DNA of 56,480 nt, counting the filler, from an uncultured Synergistales bacterium (GTDB lineage: Bacteria; Synergistota; Synergistia; Synergistales; Aminobacteriaceae), in NCBI GenBank assembly GCA_937897575.1. It is 3 parts of 3 records of this genome, joined end to end, with 100 filler letters (N's around TTAATTAATTAA, not from the genome) between each part and the next. Parts side by side here need not be neighbours in the genome. Positions count along the whole stretch, not along the records: positions 46,246 to 56,480 come from CALCQG010000170.1; 2 more parts are not named here. One strand, given 5' to 3'. Shown here in pieces: positions 48,381-56,480 of this stretch. Every line of letters begins with the position of its first letter. The stretch's first letter is position 1. A program made the position numbers and the translations under genes. The notes beneath the pieces are model-generated. The model searched no databases, was not told the origin of the DNA, and saw nothing but the letters and a program-made list of their open reading frames with translations.

Positions 48381-48551
48381 ATGAACCACGTCCTGTCCCA
48401 GTTCTATCCCCACTTTCCCTGCATTGTATTGCGATACGGAGTCGGCACGTCACGTCGCGGCCTTCGCGGGATGATATCATTAAGGTGGCGCGATGTAAAA
48501 GGGACGGGACGAGAACGCGCCGGGCGGACGTCCCCGAAGGAGTGGTGCAAA

Positions 48552-49892
48552 GTGGCGAAGGGCGACCGGGTGCGGTATGCGTGTACGGAGTGCGGCGCCG
48601 TATCGCCGGTGTGGACGGGGCGTTGCCCCACCTGCGGCGAATGGGGGACCCTCGAACGGGAGGCTCCGACGACGGGAGGCGAGAGCCCGAGGTCGGCCGG
48701 GTCGGTTAAAAGCGTCTCCGTGACGGATGTCCCGGCTCAGGAACGCATCTCGAGCGGCTTCGAGGAGCTCGACAGGGTGCTGGGCGGAGGCTGGGTTCCG
48801 GGCGGGGTCTTTCTCCTTGGCGGACAACCGGGGATAGGGAAGTCCACGCTGTTGCTCCAGACCTGCGGTCGGATGGCCGACCGGGGCATCCAGGTCCTCT
48901 ACGTGTCCGGCGAGGAGTCCGAGTCCCAGGTCGCCCTTCGGGCGCGCCGACTCGGGGCCGGATCGGAAAACCTCCGTCTGTTCTGCGACAGCGACCTCGC
49001 CTTGGCCCTCGCCGCTCTGGACGGGTGCGGTTTCCTCGTGGTGGACAGCGTCCAGGCCATGCGGGCACCGGAGGAGAGTGGCTGGCCGGGCACGCCGTCC
49101 CAGGTACGGGGCGTGGCCCAGACCTGCATCGAGGCGGCGAAGAGCCGATCCATCCCGACGGTCCTCGTGGGGCACATCACGAAGGAGGGACGAATCGCCG
49201 GACCCATGCTCCTCGAGCATATGGTGGACGGCGTCCTCTCCTTCAGCGGGGAGGACTACTCCCAATACCGGACGCTCCGGGTGAACAAGAACAGGTTCGG
49301 CAGCACCGAGGAGCTGGGCATCTTCGAGATGGCCGAGGACGGTCTTCACCCCGTGAAGGACGTGAGCGGGCTGTACTGGAACAAAGGGGGGGCGACGGTC
49401 CCGGGCGTGGCCATGACCGTGGCCCTCGAAGGCTCCCTGTCGCTGGTCGCCGAGCTTCAAGCCCTTGCCGTGGGGACGGCCTTCCCCTACCCGAAGCGGA
49501 CCGCCCGGGGAGTGGACGTGAGCAAGGTCCAGCTGTTCTCCGCTGTCCTGGAAAAGCGATGCGGCGTCGGGTGCGGGCTCTTCGACATCTACATGAACGT
49601 GGCGGGAGGGCTGATGCTCAGGGAACCGTCAGCCGACCTCGCCCTCTGCGCCGCCATCGCGTCGGCCGTCCGCGACGTCCCTCTTCCCGGGGACTGCGTC
49701 TTTCTCGGGGAGGTCGGCCTGGCGGGGGAGGTGCGCCCAGTGGTGCGCCTGTCCCGGCGTCTTCAGGAGGCCTCGCGCCTCGGTTTTAAAAGAGCGGTCA
49801 TCAGCTCCAGGGAGAGCTTACAGAAGCAGCTTCCCCTGGAGATCGTCCAGGCGGCAAGCCTGAAAGAGGGATTGAAGGCGGTGATGGAATGA
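48552..49892 (+). CDS. radA: DNA repair protein RadA/Sms
   Basis: CTECG...W.GRCPTCGEW Zn finger, GQPGIGKSTL, YVSGEES, LEHMVD, KNRFG, GEVGLAGE.R. Confidence 0.96.
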   Translation: MAKGDRVRYACTECGAVSPVWTGRCPTCGEWGTLEREAPTTGGESPRSAGSVKSVSVTDVPAQERISSGFEELDRVLGGGWVPGGVFLLGGQPGIGKSTLLLQTCGRMADRGIQVLYVSGEESESQVALRARRLGAGSENLRLFCDSDLALALAALDGCGFLVVDSVQAMRAPEESGWPGTPSQVRGVAQTCIEAAKSRSIPTVLVGHITKEGRIAGPMLLEHMVDGVLSFSGEDYSQYRTLRVNKNRFGSTEELGIFEMAEDGLHPVKDVSGLYWNKGGATVPGVAMTVALEGSLSLVAELQALAVGTAFPYPKRTARGVDVSKVQLFSAVLEKRCGVGCGLFDIYMNVAGGLMLREPSADLALCAAIASAVRDVPLPGDCVFLGEVGLAGEVRPVVRLSRRLQEASRLGFKRAVISSRESLQKQLPLEIVQAASLKEGLKAVME

Positions 49893-51235
49893 TGGTGGGC
49901 AGATGTGGTCGGGCCGTCGTCGGAGTGCTCCTCGCGGGGTTCCTGGTTTTCTTCGCGCCCCGGGACGTTTTCGGTGCGGTCTTCACGGCTCCTCTCGAGG
50001 GGACGGTCGGCGTGGCCATGGAGGCCTTCGCCGAGGATGTCCTTACCCGTGCCGCCGCAGAAGGAGCGGAGCTCGTGGTCTTTCGCCTCGATTCGCCGGG
50101 TGGCCTTGTGACGTCCATGCGGAGGATCGTCTCGGACATTCTGGAATCTCCGGTCCCGGTGGTGGTCTGGGTGGCTCCCCAGGGGAGCCGCGCTGCGTCG
50201 GCCGGCGCCTTCCTGCTCCAGGCAGCCCACGTTGCAGCCATGGCTCCGGGCACGAATGTGGGGGCGGCGCACCCCGTCATGGCGTCCGGGAAGGACGTCT
50301 CCGACGAGGAGATGAGCCGGAAGGTGACGAACGACCTGTCGGCACAGATGCGCTCCCTTGCCCAGATGCGGGGGCGGAACGCCGCCCTTGCGGAGCGGAT
50401 GGTGTCGGAGAGCCTCTCATTCTCCGCGGAGGAGGCTCTTGGGCAGGGCGTGGCGGACCTCCTTGCCTCGGACATGAGGACCCTGCTCCTCGCGCTCAGG
50501 GGCCGGACGGTGACGGTGAACGGCCAGGACGTGGAGCTGAACCCCGGCGACGCGGTCGTGGACATCGACATGACGCTGAGGGAGCGGGTCCTCCACTTTA
50601 TTTCCAGTCCCGACGTGGCCTACCTTCTCCTTACGGCCGGTGCCCTCGCCGTCATCTTCGAGATTCTGTCGCCCGGCGGGTTCGTGTTGGGGACGGCCGG
50701 CGCGGTGATGGTCCTGATGGGGGCCTTCGGCCTCAGGATGCTCCCCTTCAACTGGGCGGGCATCGTCCTGCTCGTCGCCGGGGTGGCCGTCCTCGTCGTG
50801 GACCTCCTCGTCGGCGGCATAGGGATTTTGAGCCTCTTCGGGATTGCGGCGATCGCCACCGCCGGCCTCATCCTGTTCAGAACGCCGGGAGGGGAGCTCC
50901 TGAACGTATCGGTGCACTTCATAGTCGGTCTGTCGGTGGCGTTGGGGCTCTTCTTCCTCCTCGTCCTCTACCTCGTGCTCAAATCCCAGCGTCGGCAAGC
51001 CTCGTCGGGCAGAGAGGGCATGATCGGAGCCCCCGTGGAGGTGCTGCTCGACCTCGCCCCCGACGGACAGGTGAAGTGTCACGGAGAGATATGGGGCGGG
51101 CGGAGCGGCACGGGACGGACCATGGTCAGGGGCGCAACCGGCCGGGTGGTCCGGGTAGAGGGGATGACGCTGGTCATCGAGGATGACCGGCAGATGGAGA
51201 AGAACTCCAAGGAAGAAAAGGAGGGATCGCGGTAA
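49889..51235 (+). CDS. nfeD: NfeD-family membrane-bound serine protease (long form)
   Basis: [30 protein letters not shown], then a TM bundle and C-terminal OB domain (GQV..HGEIW). Confidence 0.9.
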   Translation: MMVGRCGRAVVGVLLAGFLVFFAPRDVFGAVFTAPLEGTVGVAMEAFAEDVLTRAAAEGAELVVFRLDSPGGLVTSMRRIVSDILESPVPVVVWVAPQGSRAASAGAFLLQAAHVAAMAPGTNVGAAHPVMASGKDVSDEEMSRKVTNDLSAQMRSLAQMRGRNAALAERMVSESLSFSAEEALGQGVADLLASDMRTLLLALRGRTVTVNGQDVELNPGDAVVDIDMTLRERVLHFISSPDVAYLLLTAGALAVIFEILSPGGFVLGTAGAVMVLMGAFGLRMLPFNWAGIVLLVAGVAVLVVDLLVGGIGILSLFGIAAIATAGLILFRTPGGELLNVSVHFIVGLSVALGLFFLLVLYLVLKSQRRQASSGREGMIGAPVEVLLDLAPDGQVKCHGEIWGGRSGTGRTMVRGATGRVVRVEGMTLVIEDDRQMEKNSKEEKEGSR

Positions 51236-52071
51236 TGTACGACCTTATGGAGATTGTGACGAGCTTAGGAACGTCCGTTGGTTTTCTGCTCATCGTGCTG
51301 TTCTTTCTCACCTCGGCGATCAGGATCGTGCCCGAATTCCAACGGCTGGTCGTCTTTCGTCTCGGCCGGCTCATCGGGGCCAAGGGGCCGGGTATCGTGC
51401 TCGTTATTCCCCTGATCGACCGGGTGATTCGGGTGGACCTCAGGGTGGTGACCCTGGACGTGCCCGTCCAGGAGATTATCACGAAGGACAACGTCCCGGT
51501 GAAGGTCAACGCGGTGGTCTACTTCCGGGTCATGGACCCGGCGAACTCCGTCGTGGAGGTCGAGAACCACGTCCTCGCGACGAGCCTGCTCTCCCAGACG
51601 ACCCTCCGCTCCGTGGTGGGATCCGTCGATCTGGACGAGGTGCTGTCGTCCAGAGAGAAGATCAACAGCGAGCTCCAGTCGATCATAGACGAGCGCACCG
51701 ACCCCTGGGGCATCAAGGTCAGCGCCGTGGAGATGAAGGAGCTCGAACTTCCCGAGAGCATGAAGCGCGCGATGGCCAAGCAGGCCGAGGCCGAGCGGGA
51801 GCGGCGGGCTAAGATCATCAACGCCGAGGGTGAACTTCAGGCGGCCGAGAAACTCAGTCAGGCGGCGTGGAAGATGGAGCGTTCCCCCATCACCCTTCAG
51901 CTCCGCTATCTTCAGACGTTGCGGGAGATCAGCTCGGACAAGAACTCCACGACGATCTTCCCCTTCCCCATGGATATCGTGAAACCGTTCCTCGAGTCCA
52001 TGACGGCCAGACGACGGGACGAGGAACCACCGTTGTTGGAGGAGCCCGAGCCCGAGAAGAGTGAAGGGTAA
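51235..52071 (+). CDS. SPFH/stomatin-like (slipin) protein
   Basis: VVFRLGR...[49 protein letters not shown]. Confidence 0.94.
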   Translation: MYDLMEIVTSLGTSVGFLLIVLFFLTSAIRIVPEFQRLVVFRLGRLIGAKGPGIVLVIPLIDRVIRVDLRVVTLDVPVQEIITKDNVPVKVNAVVYFRVMDPANSVVEVENHVLATSLLSQTTLRSVVGSVDLDEVLSSREKINSELQSIIDERTDPWGIKVSAVEMKELELPESMKRAMAKQAEAERERRAKIINAEGELQAAEKLSQAAWKMERSPITLQLRYLQTLREISSDKNSTTIFPFPMDIVKPFLESMTARRRDEEPPLLEEPEPEKSEG

Positions 52072-52214
52072 AGGGGAGAGACCGGGGGGCCGCCTGAAAG
52101 ATGAACCGGCGCCCCTCCCTTTGACCTCGTTCCGTGTCGATGGGGCAATGCGGTTGATCGCCGCGGAAGCCGGAGGATACCCGATGGCTTCCGCGGCGTC
52201 CTTCGCGCGGAGTG

Positions 52215-52243
52215 TTGGAACTTCCCTTTTTTTCGTATATACT
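52215..52243 (+). promoter_or_regulatory. Possible leuS promoter
   Basis: TTGGAA-N17-TATACT. Confidence 0.45.
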
Positions 52244-52377
52244 ACATAGTCATCCCACAGTGATCTCTTGGGCCGACACGGCATCCGTCGCGGGACATCG
52301 GGGGATTCTCGGCGAAGCGTCTCGCGCTTTTTTATGGACTGCGAAACGACCGGCACTTTTAAGGAGGAGCGGAGGAC

Positions 52378-54867
52378 ATGGTGTACGATTACCGGGCCAT
52401 CGAACAGAAGTGGCAGCATCTCTGGGAGTCGGAGGGGACCTTCAACGCCGACGTCGATCAGGCGAGGAAGAAGTTCTACTGCCTGGAGATGTTCCCCTAT
52501 CCTAGCGGTGCGCTGCACATGGGGCATCTCAGGAATTACTCCATCGGCGATATGATGGCCCGCTACTTCCGGCGCGCCGGGTACAACGTGATCTACCCCA
52601 TCGGATTCGACGCCTTCGGTCTTCCCGCCGAGAACGCCGCCATGAAGAGCAACACCCCGGCGAGCGAGTGGACCTGGCGGAACATCGAACACATGACGGA
52701 CCAGCTGAAGCACATGGGGTGCAGCTACGACTGGAGACGGCGGGTCGAGACCTGCAACCCGAACTACTACCGATGGAATCAGTGGTTCTTCCTTCAGCTC
52801 CTGAAGCGCGGGCTCGCCTATCGCAAGAGCGCCCCGGTGAACTGGTGCGTGAGCTGCAACACGGTGCTTGCCAACGAGCAGGTCGTCAACGACGGACACT
52901 GCTGGCGCTGCGACACGCCCGTGGTGAAGCGGAACCTCGAACAGTGGTTCCTGAAGATAACGGATTACGCCCAGGAGCTTCTGGACGACCTCGACAACCT
53001 TCCGGGCTGGCCGGAGCGGGTGAAGATCATGCAGCGCAATTGGATCGGCCGTTCCGACGGCGCCAGGCTCACCTTCACCGAACAGTCCACGGGCGAGTCG
53101 ATCGAGACGTTCACGACGCGCTTCGACACGGTCTTCGGCGTCACCTTCCTCGTCCTGGCGCCCGAGCACCCCTTCGTCGAGAAGATGATCGCCCATTCGC
53201 CGAAGGGCCGGGAGATCCGGGAATTCGTGGACCACTGTGTGAGCCAGAGCTCCATCGATCGGACCGCCGTAGGGAAGGAAAAGGAAGGGCTGTTCACGGG
53301 GTACACCGTGATCAACCCCGTCAACGGAGAGGAAGTTCCCGTCCTGATCGCGAACTACGTCCTCATGGACTACGGCACGGGGGCGGTCATGGGCGTGCCG
53401 GCCCACGACCAGAGGGACTTCGACTTCGCCCGGAAGTACGGCCTCCCCATCCGTCCGGTCATCAACCCCGTAGGGGAGACCCTCGACGGCGCGACCATGG
53501 AAGAGGCCTTCAGCGAGGACGGCGTCGCCTGCAATTCGGGGCAGTTCGACGGGCTCCCCACGAAAGAGGCCATCCCCGCGATGATCCAGTGGGGCATAGA
53601 GCAGGGCTACTGCACCGGAGAGGTGAACTTCCGCCTGAAGGATTGGCTCGTCTCCCGGCAGCGGTACTGGGGCACGCCCATCCCCGTGATCTACTGCGAT
53701 CACTGCGGGATCGTGCCGGTCCCCGAGGAGGATCTCCCCGTGCTGCTCCCCGAGAAGGTCAAAATCTCCAGGGAGGGCCGATCGCCCCTCGCCGAGGACG
53801 AGGAGTGGATGAACGTGCCCTGCCCGGTCTGCGGTCGTCCCGGGCGAAGAGAGCCCGATACGCTCGACACCTTCGTGTGTTCCTCCTGGTACTTCTTCCG
53901 ATACTGCACGCCCTGGAGCGACTCTGCCCCCTTCGACACCGAGGACGCCAAGTACTGGATGCCTGTGGACCAGTACATAGGGGGCATCGAGCACGCCTGC
54001 CTGCACCTCATCTACGCCCGCTTCTTCACGAAGTTCATCGCCGATCTGGGTATGTGCCATGCGCGGGAGCCCTTCACGAACCTCCTGACCCAGGGCATGG
54101 TCATCAAGGACGGCGCGAAGATGTCCAAGTCCCTGGGGAACGTGGTGGACCCGGATGAGATCATCGCCAGGTACGGGGCGGACACGGCGCGTCTCTTCAT
54201 CCTCTTCGCCGCCCCTCCGGGCAACGATCTGGACTGGACGGAACGGGGTGTCGAAGGCGCGCACCGATTCCTCAACCGGGTATGGCGGCTCGTGACGGAG
54301 AACATGGATCTGCTCCGAAGGGGAGGGGAGGATCACCCCGTCGTCCCCGCAGCACCGAACGGGGAGAAGACCCTGCAGGAGCTCAAGCGGAAGATCCACG
54401 CCACCATACGGGACGTGACCCGGGATATCGCCGAGGAGAAGCAGTTCAACACGGCCGTCGCCAGGATGATGGAGCTTCAGAACGCCCTCGGGTCCTTCCA
54501 CCCATCGAAGGATGAGGAGATCGCTCTGTTTCAGGAGGGCGTGGACGCCCTTCTCTCCTGCCTGAACCCCTTCTGTCCGCACATCACCGAGGAGCTGTGG
54601 GGGCTCATCGGACACGATGCCCCTCTCGCTCGAACTCCGTGGCCCGAGGCGAACCAGGAGGCTCTCGAGGTCGACTCCGTGACCATTGTGGTCCAGATCA
54701 ACGGCAAGGTCCGCGAGCGGACCGAACTTCCGGCAGGTCTGGGGAGGGAGGAGCTCGAAGAGCGGGTGCTCGCCCTTCCCGCCGTCAGGCAGCGGCTTGA
54801 AGGACTGCAGGTGGCGAAGGTGATCTCCGTGCCGGACAGGCTGGTCAACGTGGTGGTGAAGGGGTAG
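52378..54867 (+). CDS. leuS: Leucine--tRNA ligase
   Basis: MFPYPSG.LHMGH, editing domain [30 protein letters not shown]. Confidence 0.98.
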   Translation: MVYDYRAIEQKWQHLWESEGTFNADVDQARKKFYCLEMFPYPSGALHMGHLRNYSIGDMMARYFRRAGYNVIYPIGFDAFGLPAENAAMKSNTPASEWTWRNIEHMTDQLKHMGCSYDWRRRVETCNPNYYRWNQWFFLQLLKRGLAYRKSAPVNWCVSCNTVLANEQVVNDGHCWRCDTPVVKRNLEQWFLKITDYAQELLDDLDNLPGWPERVKIMQRNWIGRSDGARLTFTEQSTGESIETFTTRFDTVFGVTFLVLAPEHPFVEKMIAHSPKGREIREFVDHCVSQSSIDRTAVGKEKEGLFTGYTVINPVNGEEVPVLIANYVLMDYGTGAVMGVPAHDQRDFDFARKYGLPIRPVINPVGETLDGATMEEAFSEDGVACNSGQFDGLPTKEAIPAMIQWGIEQGYCTGEVNFRLKDWLVSRQRYWGTPIPVIYCDHCGIVPVPEEDLPVLLPEKVKISREGRSPLAEDEEWMNVPCPVCGRPGRREPDTLDTFVCSSWYFFRYCTPWSDSAPFDTEDAKYWMPVDQYIGGIEHACLHLIYARFFTKFIADLGMCHAREPFTNLLTQGMVIKDGAKMSKSLGNVVDPDEIIARYGADTARLFILFAAPPGNDLDWTERGVEGAHRFLNRVWRLVTENMDLLRRGGEDHPVVPAAPNGEKTLQELKRKIHATIRDVTRDIAEEKQFNTAVARMMELQNALGSFHPSKDEEIALFQEGVDALLSCLNPFCPHITEELWGLIGHDAPLARTPWPEANQEALEVDSVTIVVQINGKVRERTELPAGLGREELEERVLALPAVRQRLEGLQVAKVISVPDRLVNVVVKG

Positions 54868-55817
54868 TGCCCCGTCTTCTGGTCATCGCACAGGGGGGAG
54901 CGGGCGGACGGCGTCTGCTCGACGAGACGGTCGAAGGTCTGGTGACGGCCGGTTACAGCCGGGGTACAGTGCAGGAGGGCGGGGAGTGGACGGCGCTCAT
55001 CGCCGCCGGACGCTCCGCGGGGCTGTTCAGCACACGGCAGGTGACGGTCGTCGAAGAGGCGGAGCTGCTCGGAGCCTTCCCGGAGGACCTCGTCCCCTTT
55101 CTCGAGGGCGAGGGAGCCGACGAGGTGTTCGTCCTGCTCTACGGGGGGGACACGAGAAAATACTATCCGGCCCCCTGCCGTGAGAGGATCACCTTCATCA
55201 AGGGGGAGGACGTCCCCTTTTGGCCGTCGAAGAGAAGGGCGTGGCTCGTCCAGTTCGCCGCCGGGAAGGGGATAGCCCTTCAGGGGGCAGCGGCCGCCCT
55301 GCTTGTGGATATGATAGAGGACCCCGAAGAGCTCCGCTCTCGGGTGGAGGACCTTGGCGCATACGCCGCCGGGGGGTCGGTGACGGAGGAGATGGTGAAG
55401 CTCCTCGCCTTCGACGAGGGGCACAGCCGCGTCCTCCGTTTTCTGGACGCCTTCTGCGGCGCCCGGGCGGCGGAGGTGCTCTCACTGCTCGACCACCTGA
55501 AGAGGGAGCCGAGCGTCCTTCCCCTGCTCACCGCTCTGTACAACCGTATCCGACCGGCGGTCTACGCCTCCTGTTTCTCGAAGCGGGATGTGCAAAAGGT
55601 GGCGGCGCTTCTCAAAGTCCGGGACTACGCCGGCAGGATGGCCGCCGAGGCGGGGAAAAACTATTCTCCGGCGGCTCTGAAGGCCCTGGCGCTGAACCTG
55701 GCGGCGCTGTCCTGGAAGGAGAAGACCGCCGTAGCCGAGGGCTGGTACGGTTTCGAGGCGGCTCTTCTCCAATGTCTGGGGGCGACAGAGGACGAAAAAA
55801 AGGCCGGAAGGGCGTGA
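54867..55817 (+). CDS. holA: Probable DNA polymerase III delta subunit
   Basis: About 316 aa with GLFS...V.VVE.A-like and collar-helix patterns, located between leuS and rpsT as holA commonly is; sequence divergent. Confidence 0.65.
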   Translation: MPRLLVIAQGGAGGRRLLDETVEGLVTAGYSRGTVQEGGEWTALIAAGRSAGLFSTRQVTVVEEAELLGAFPEDLVPFLEGEGADEVFVLLYGGDTRKYYPAPCRERITFIKGEDVPFWPSKRRAWLVQFAAGKGIALQGAAAALLVDMIEDPEELRSRVEDLGAYAAGGSVTEEMVKLLAFDEGHSRVLRFLDAFCGARAAEVLSLLDHLKREPSVLPLLTALYNRIRPAVYASCFSKRDVQKVAALLKVRDYAGRMAAEAGKNYSPAALKALALNLAALSWKEKTAVAEGWYGFEAALLQCLGATEDEKKAGRA

Positions 55818-55829
55818 CGCCTCCGGCTT
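55795..55829 (-). terminator. Terminator of rpsT, overlapping the holA end
   Basis: Minus strand AGCCGGAGGCG-TCA-CGCCCTTCCGGCC-TTTTTT. Confidence 0.6.
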
Positions 55830-55860
55830 GCAGTGCTTGTCCCTATGGCGAAAGGCGCGC

Positions 55861-56136
55861 TTAGGCCGGCTCCTTCGTCAGGGACTTCACTCTGTTCATC
55901 ATCATGGACTTTCTTCTGGCGCCCGTGTTTCTGTGCATAACGCCCTTCACGACAGCCTTGTCGATGACGCTCTGCGCGACATCGAGGCGTTTCACGGCGA
56001 GGGACGTGTCCTTCAGCTCGACGGCTTCAAGGACCTTTTTCACGGCGTTTTTGCACCGGGTCGTCCAGTAGCGATTGTAGAGTCTGTTCTTCTCACTGGT
56101 TCTCATCCGTTTTTCGGCGGATTTCTTGTTCGGCAT
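55861..56136 (-). CDS. rpsT: 30S ribosomal protein S20
   Basis: MPNKKSAEKR....NR..N, IDKA..KGVMHRNTGARRKS. Confidence 0.97.
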   Translation of the reverse strand: MPNKKSAEKRMRTSEKNRLYNRYWTTRCKNAVKKVLEAVELKDTSLAVKRLDVAQSVIDKAVVKGVMHRNTGARRKSMMMNRVKSLTKEPA

Positions 56137-56228
56137 GGATGCTCACCTCCTCCCGGTGGAACCACGACATTCTAGCATGATTTCCGCTCTGTTAGCAAGA
56201 GAGCCGAAAGGAAAAGAGAGAAAATATC

Positions 56229-56480
56229 ATGAAAACGTCGTCCATGGACGAGCTCTTCGGCCCCTCCGGGCTTTTCGCCCGCCGATTTTCCGGATTCGAA
56301 TACCGGCAGCAGCAGGTCGAACTGGCGGAACAGGTGCAGGCCACCCTTTCGGACGCTCCCGGGCGCATCCTCGCAGCCGAAGCGCCGCCGGGCGTCGGCA
56401 AAACCTTCGCCCTTCTCGCGCCGGCCATGCTCTGGGCCGCGGAGCGAAACAAAACTATACTCGTCCTCACGGGCGGCATC
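56229..56480 (+). CDS. DinG/YoaA-family helicase, 5' part (runs off the window)
   Basis: Not in the ORF track. Translates as MKTSSMDELFGPSGLFARRFSGFEYRQQQVELA...AEAPPGVGKTFALLAPA, with a Q motif and Walker A. Confidence 0.85.
   Translation, partial: MKTSSMDELFGPSGLFARRFSGFEYRQQQVELAEQVQATLSDAPGRILAAEAPPGVGKTFALLAPAMLWAAERNKTILVLTGGI

Noticed and set aside
51265..54615. 1116-aa minus-strand ORF, and similar long antisense ORFs such as 18502-21186, 37889-40012, 3119-5137 and 25223-27337
   Set aside because: They lie opposite clearly identified genes and contain no recognisable motifs. They are shadow ORFs expected from high-GC codon bias.

Overview
High-GC bacterial sequence made of three unrelated contig pieces joined by 100-nt N/TTAATTAATTAA/N linkers (23118-23217, 46146-46245), so adjacency across those points is not real. 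Gene content suggests an anaerobic, diderm amino-acid fermenter, probably Synergistota (inference). Piece 1: 3' end of a trimeric autotransporter, dodecin, an Lsa-type ABC-F protein, an ilvN-ilvC-ilvB operon with an Ile-rich leader-peptide attenuator, azlCD-cobUTS, two tandem NlpE-like paralogs, a betaine/proline-type ABC transporter, a histidine phosphatase, a 2-hydroxyacid dehydrogenase, xth, and a MOP-type aldehyde oxidoreductase with its partner gene. Piece 2: mostly housekeeping genes (rsmB fragment, YugP-like, DegT, GntR, HAD, asnS, glutamate dehydrogenase, RluA, YhaM, apgM, aminotransferases, SLT, thrC-like, mnmE), plus a PEP-synthase-like protein and a full-length CDC48/p97-family ATPase. 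Piece 3: an [FeFe]-hydrogenase-like/DRTGG/PHP cassette, an unannotated ~240-270 nt structured RNA candidate, radA-nfeD-SPFH, leuS-holA, rpsT and the start of a DinG helicase. I saw no tRNA, rRNA, CRISPR array, transposase or phage genes. Best leads: the structured ncRNA candidate, the ilv attenuator with an altered IlvN valine site, the stand-alone CDC48 and the GDH-linked dikinase-like protein. All family calls come from motif recognition by eye; no database searches or folding programs were run.
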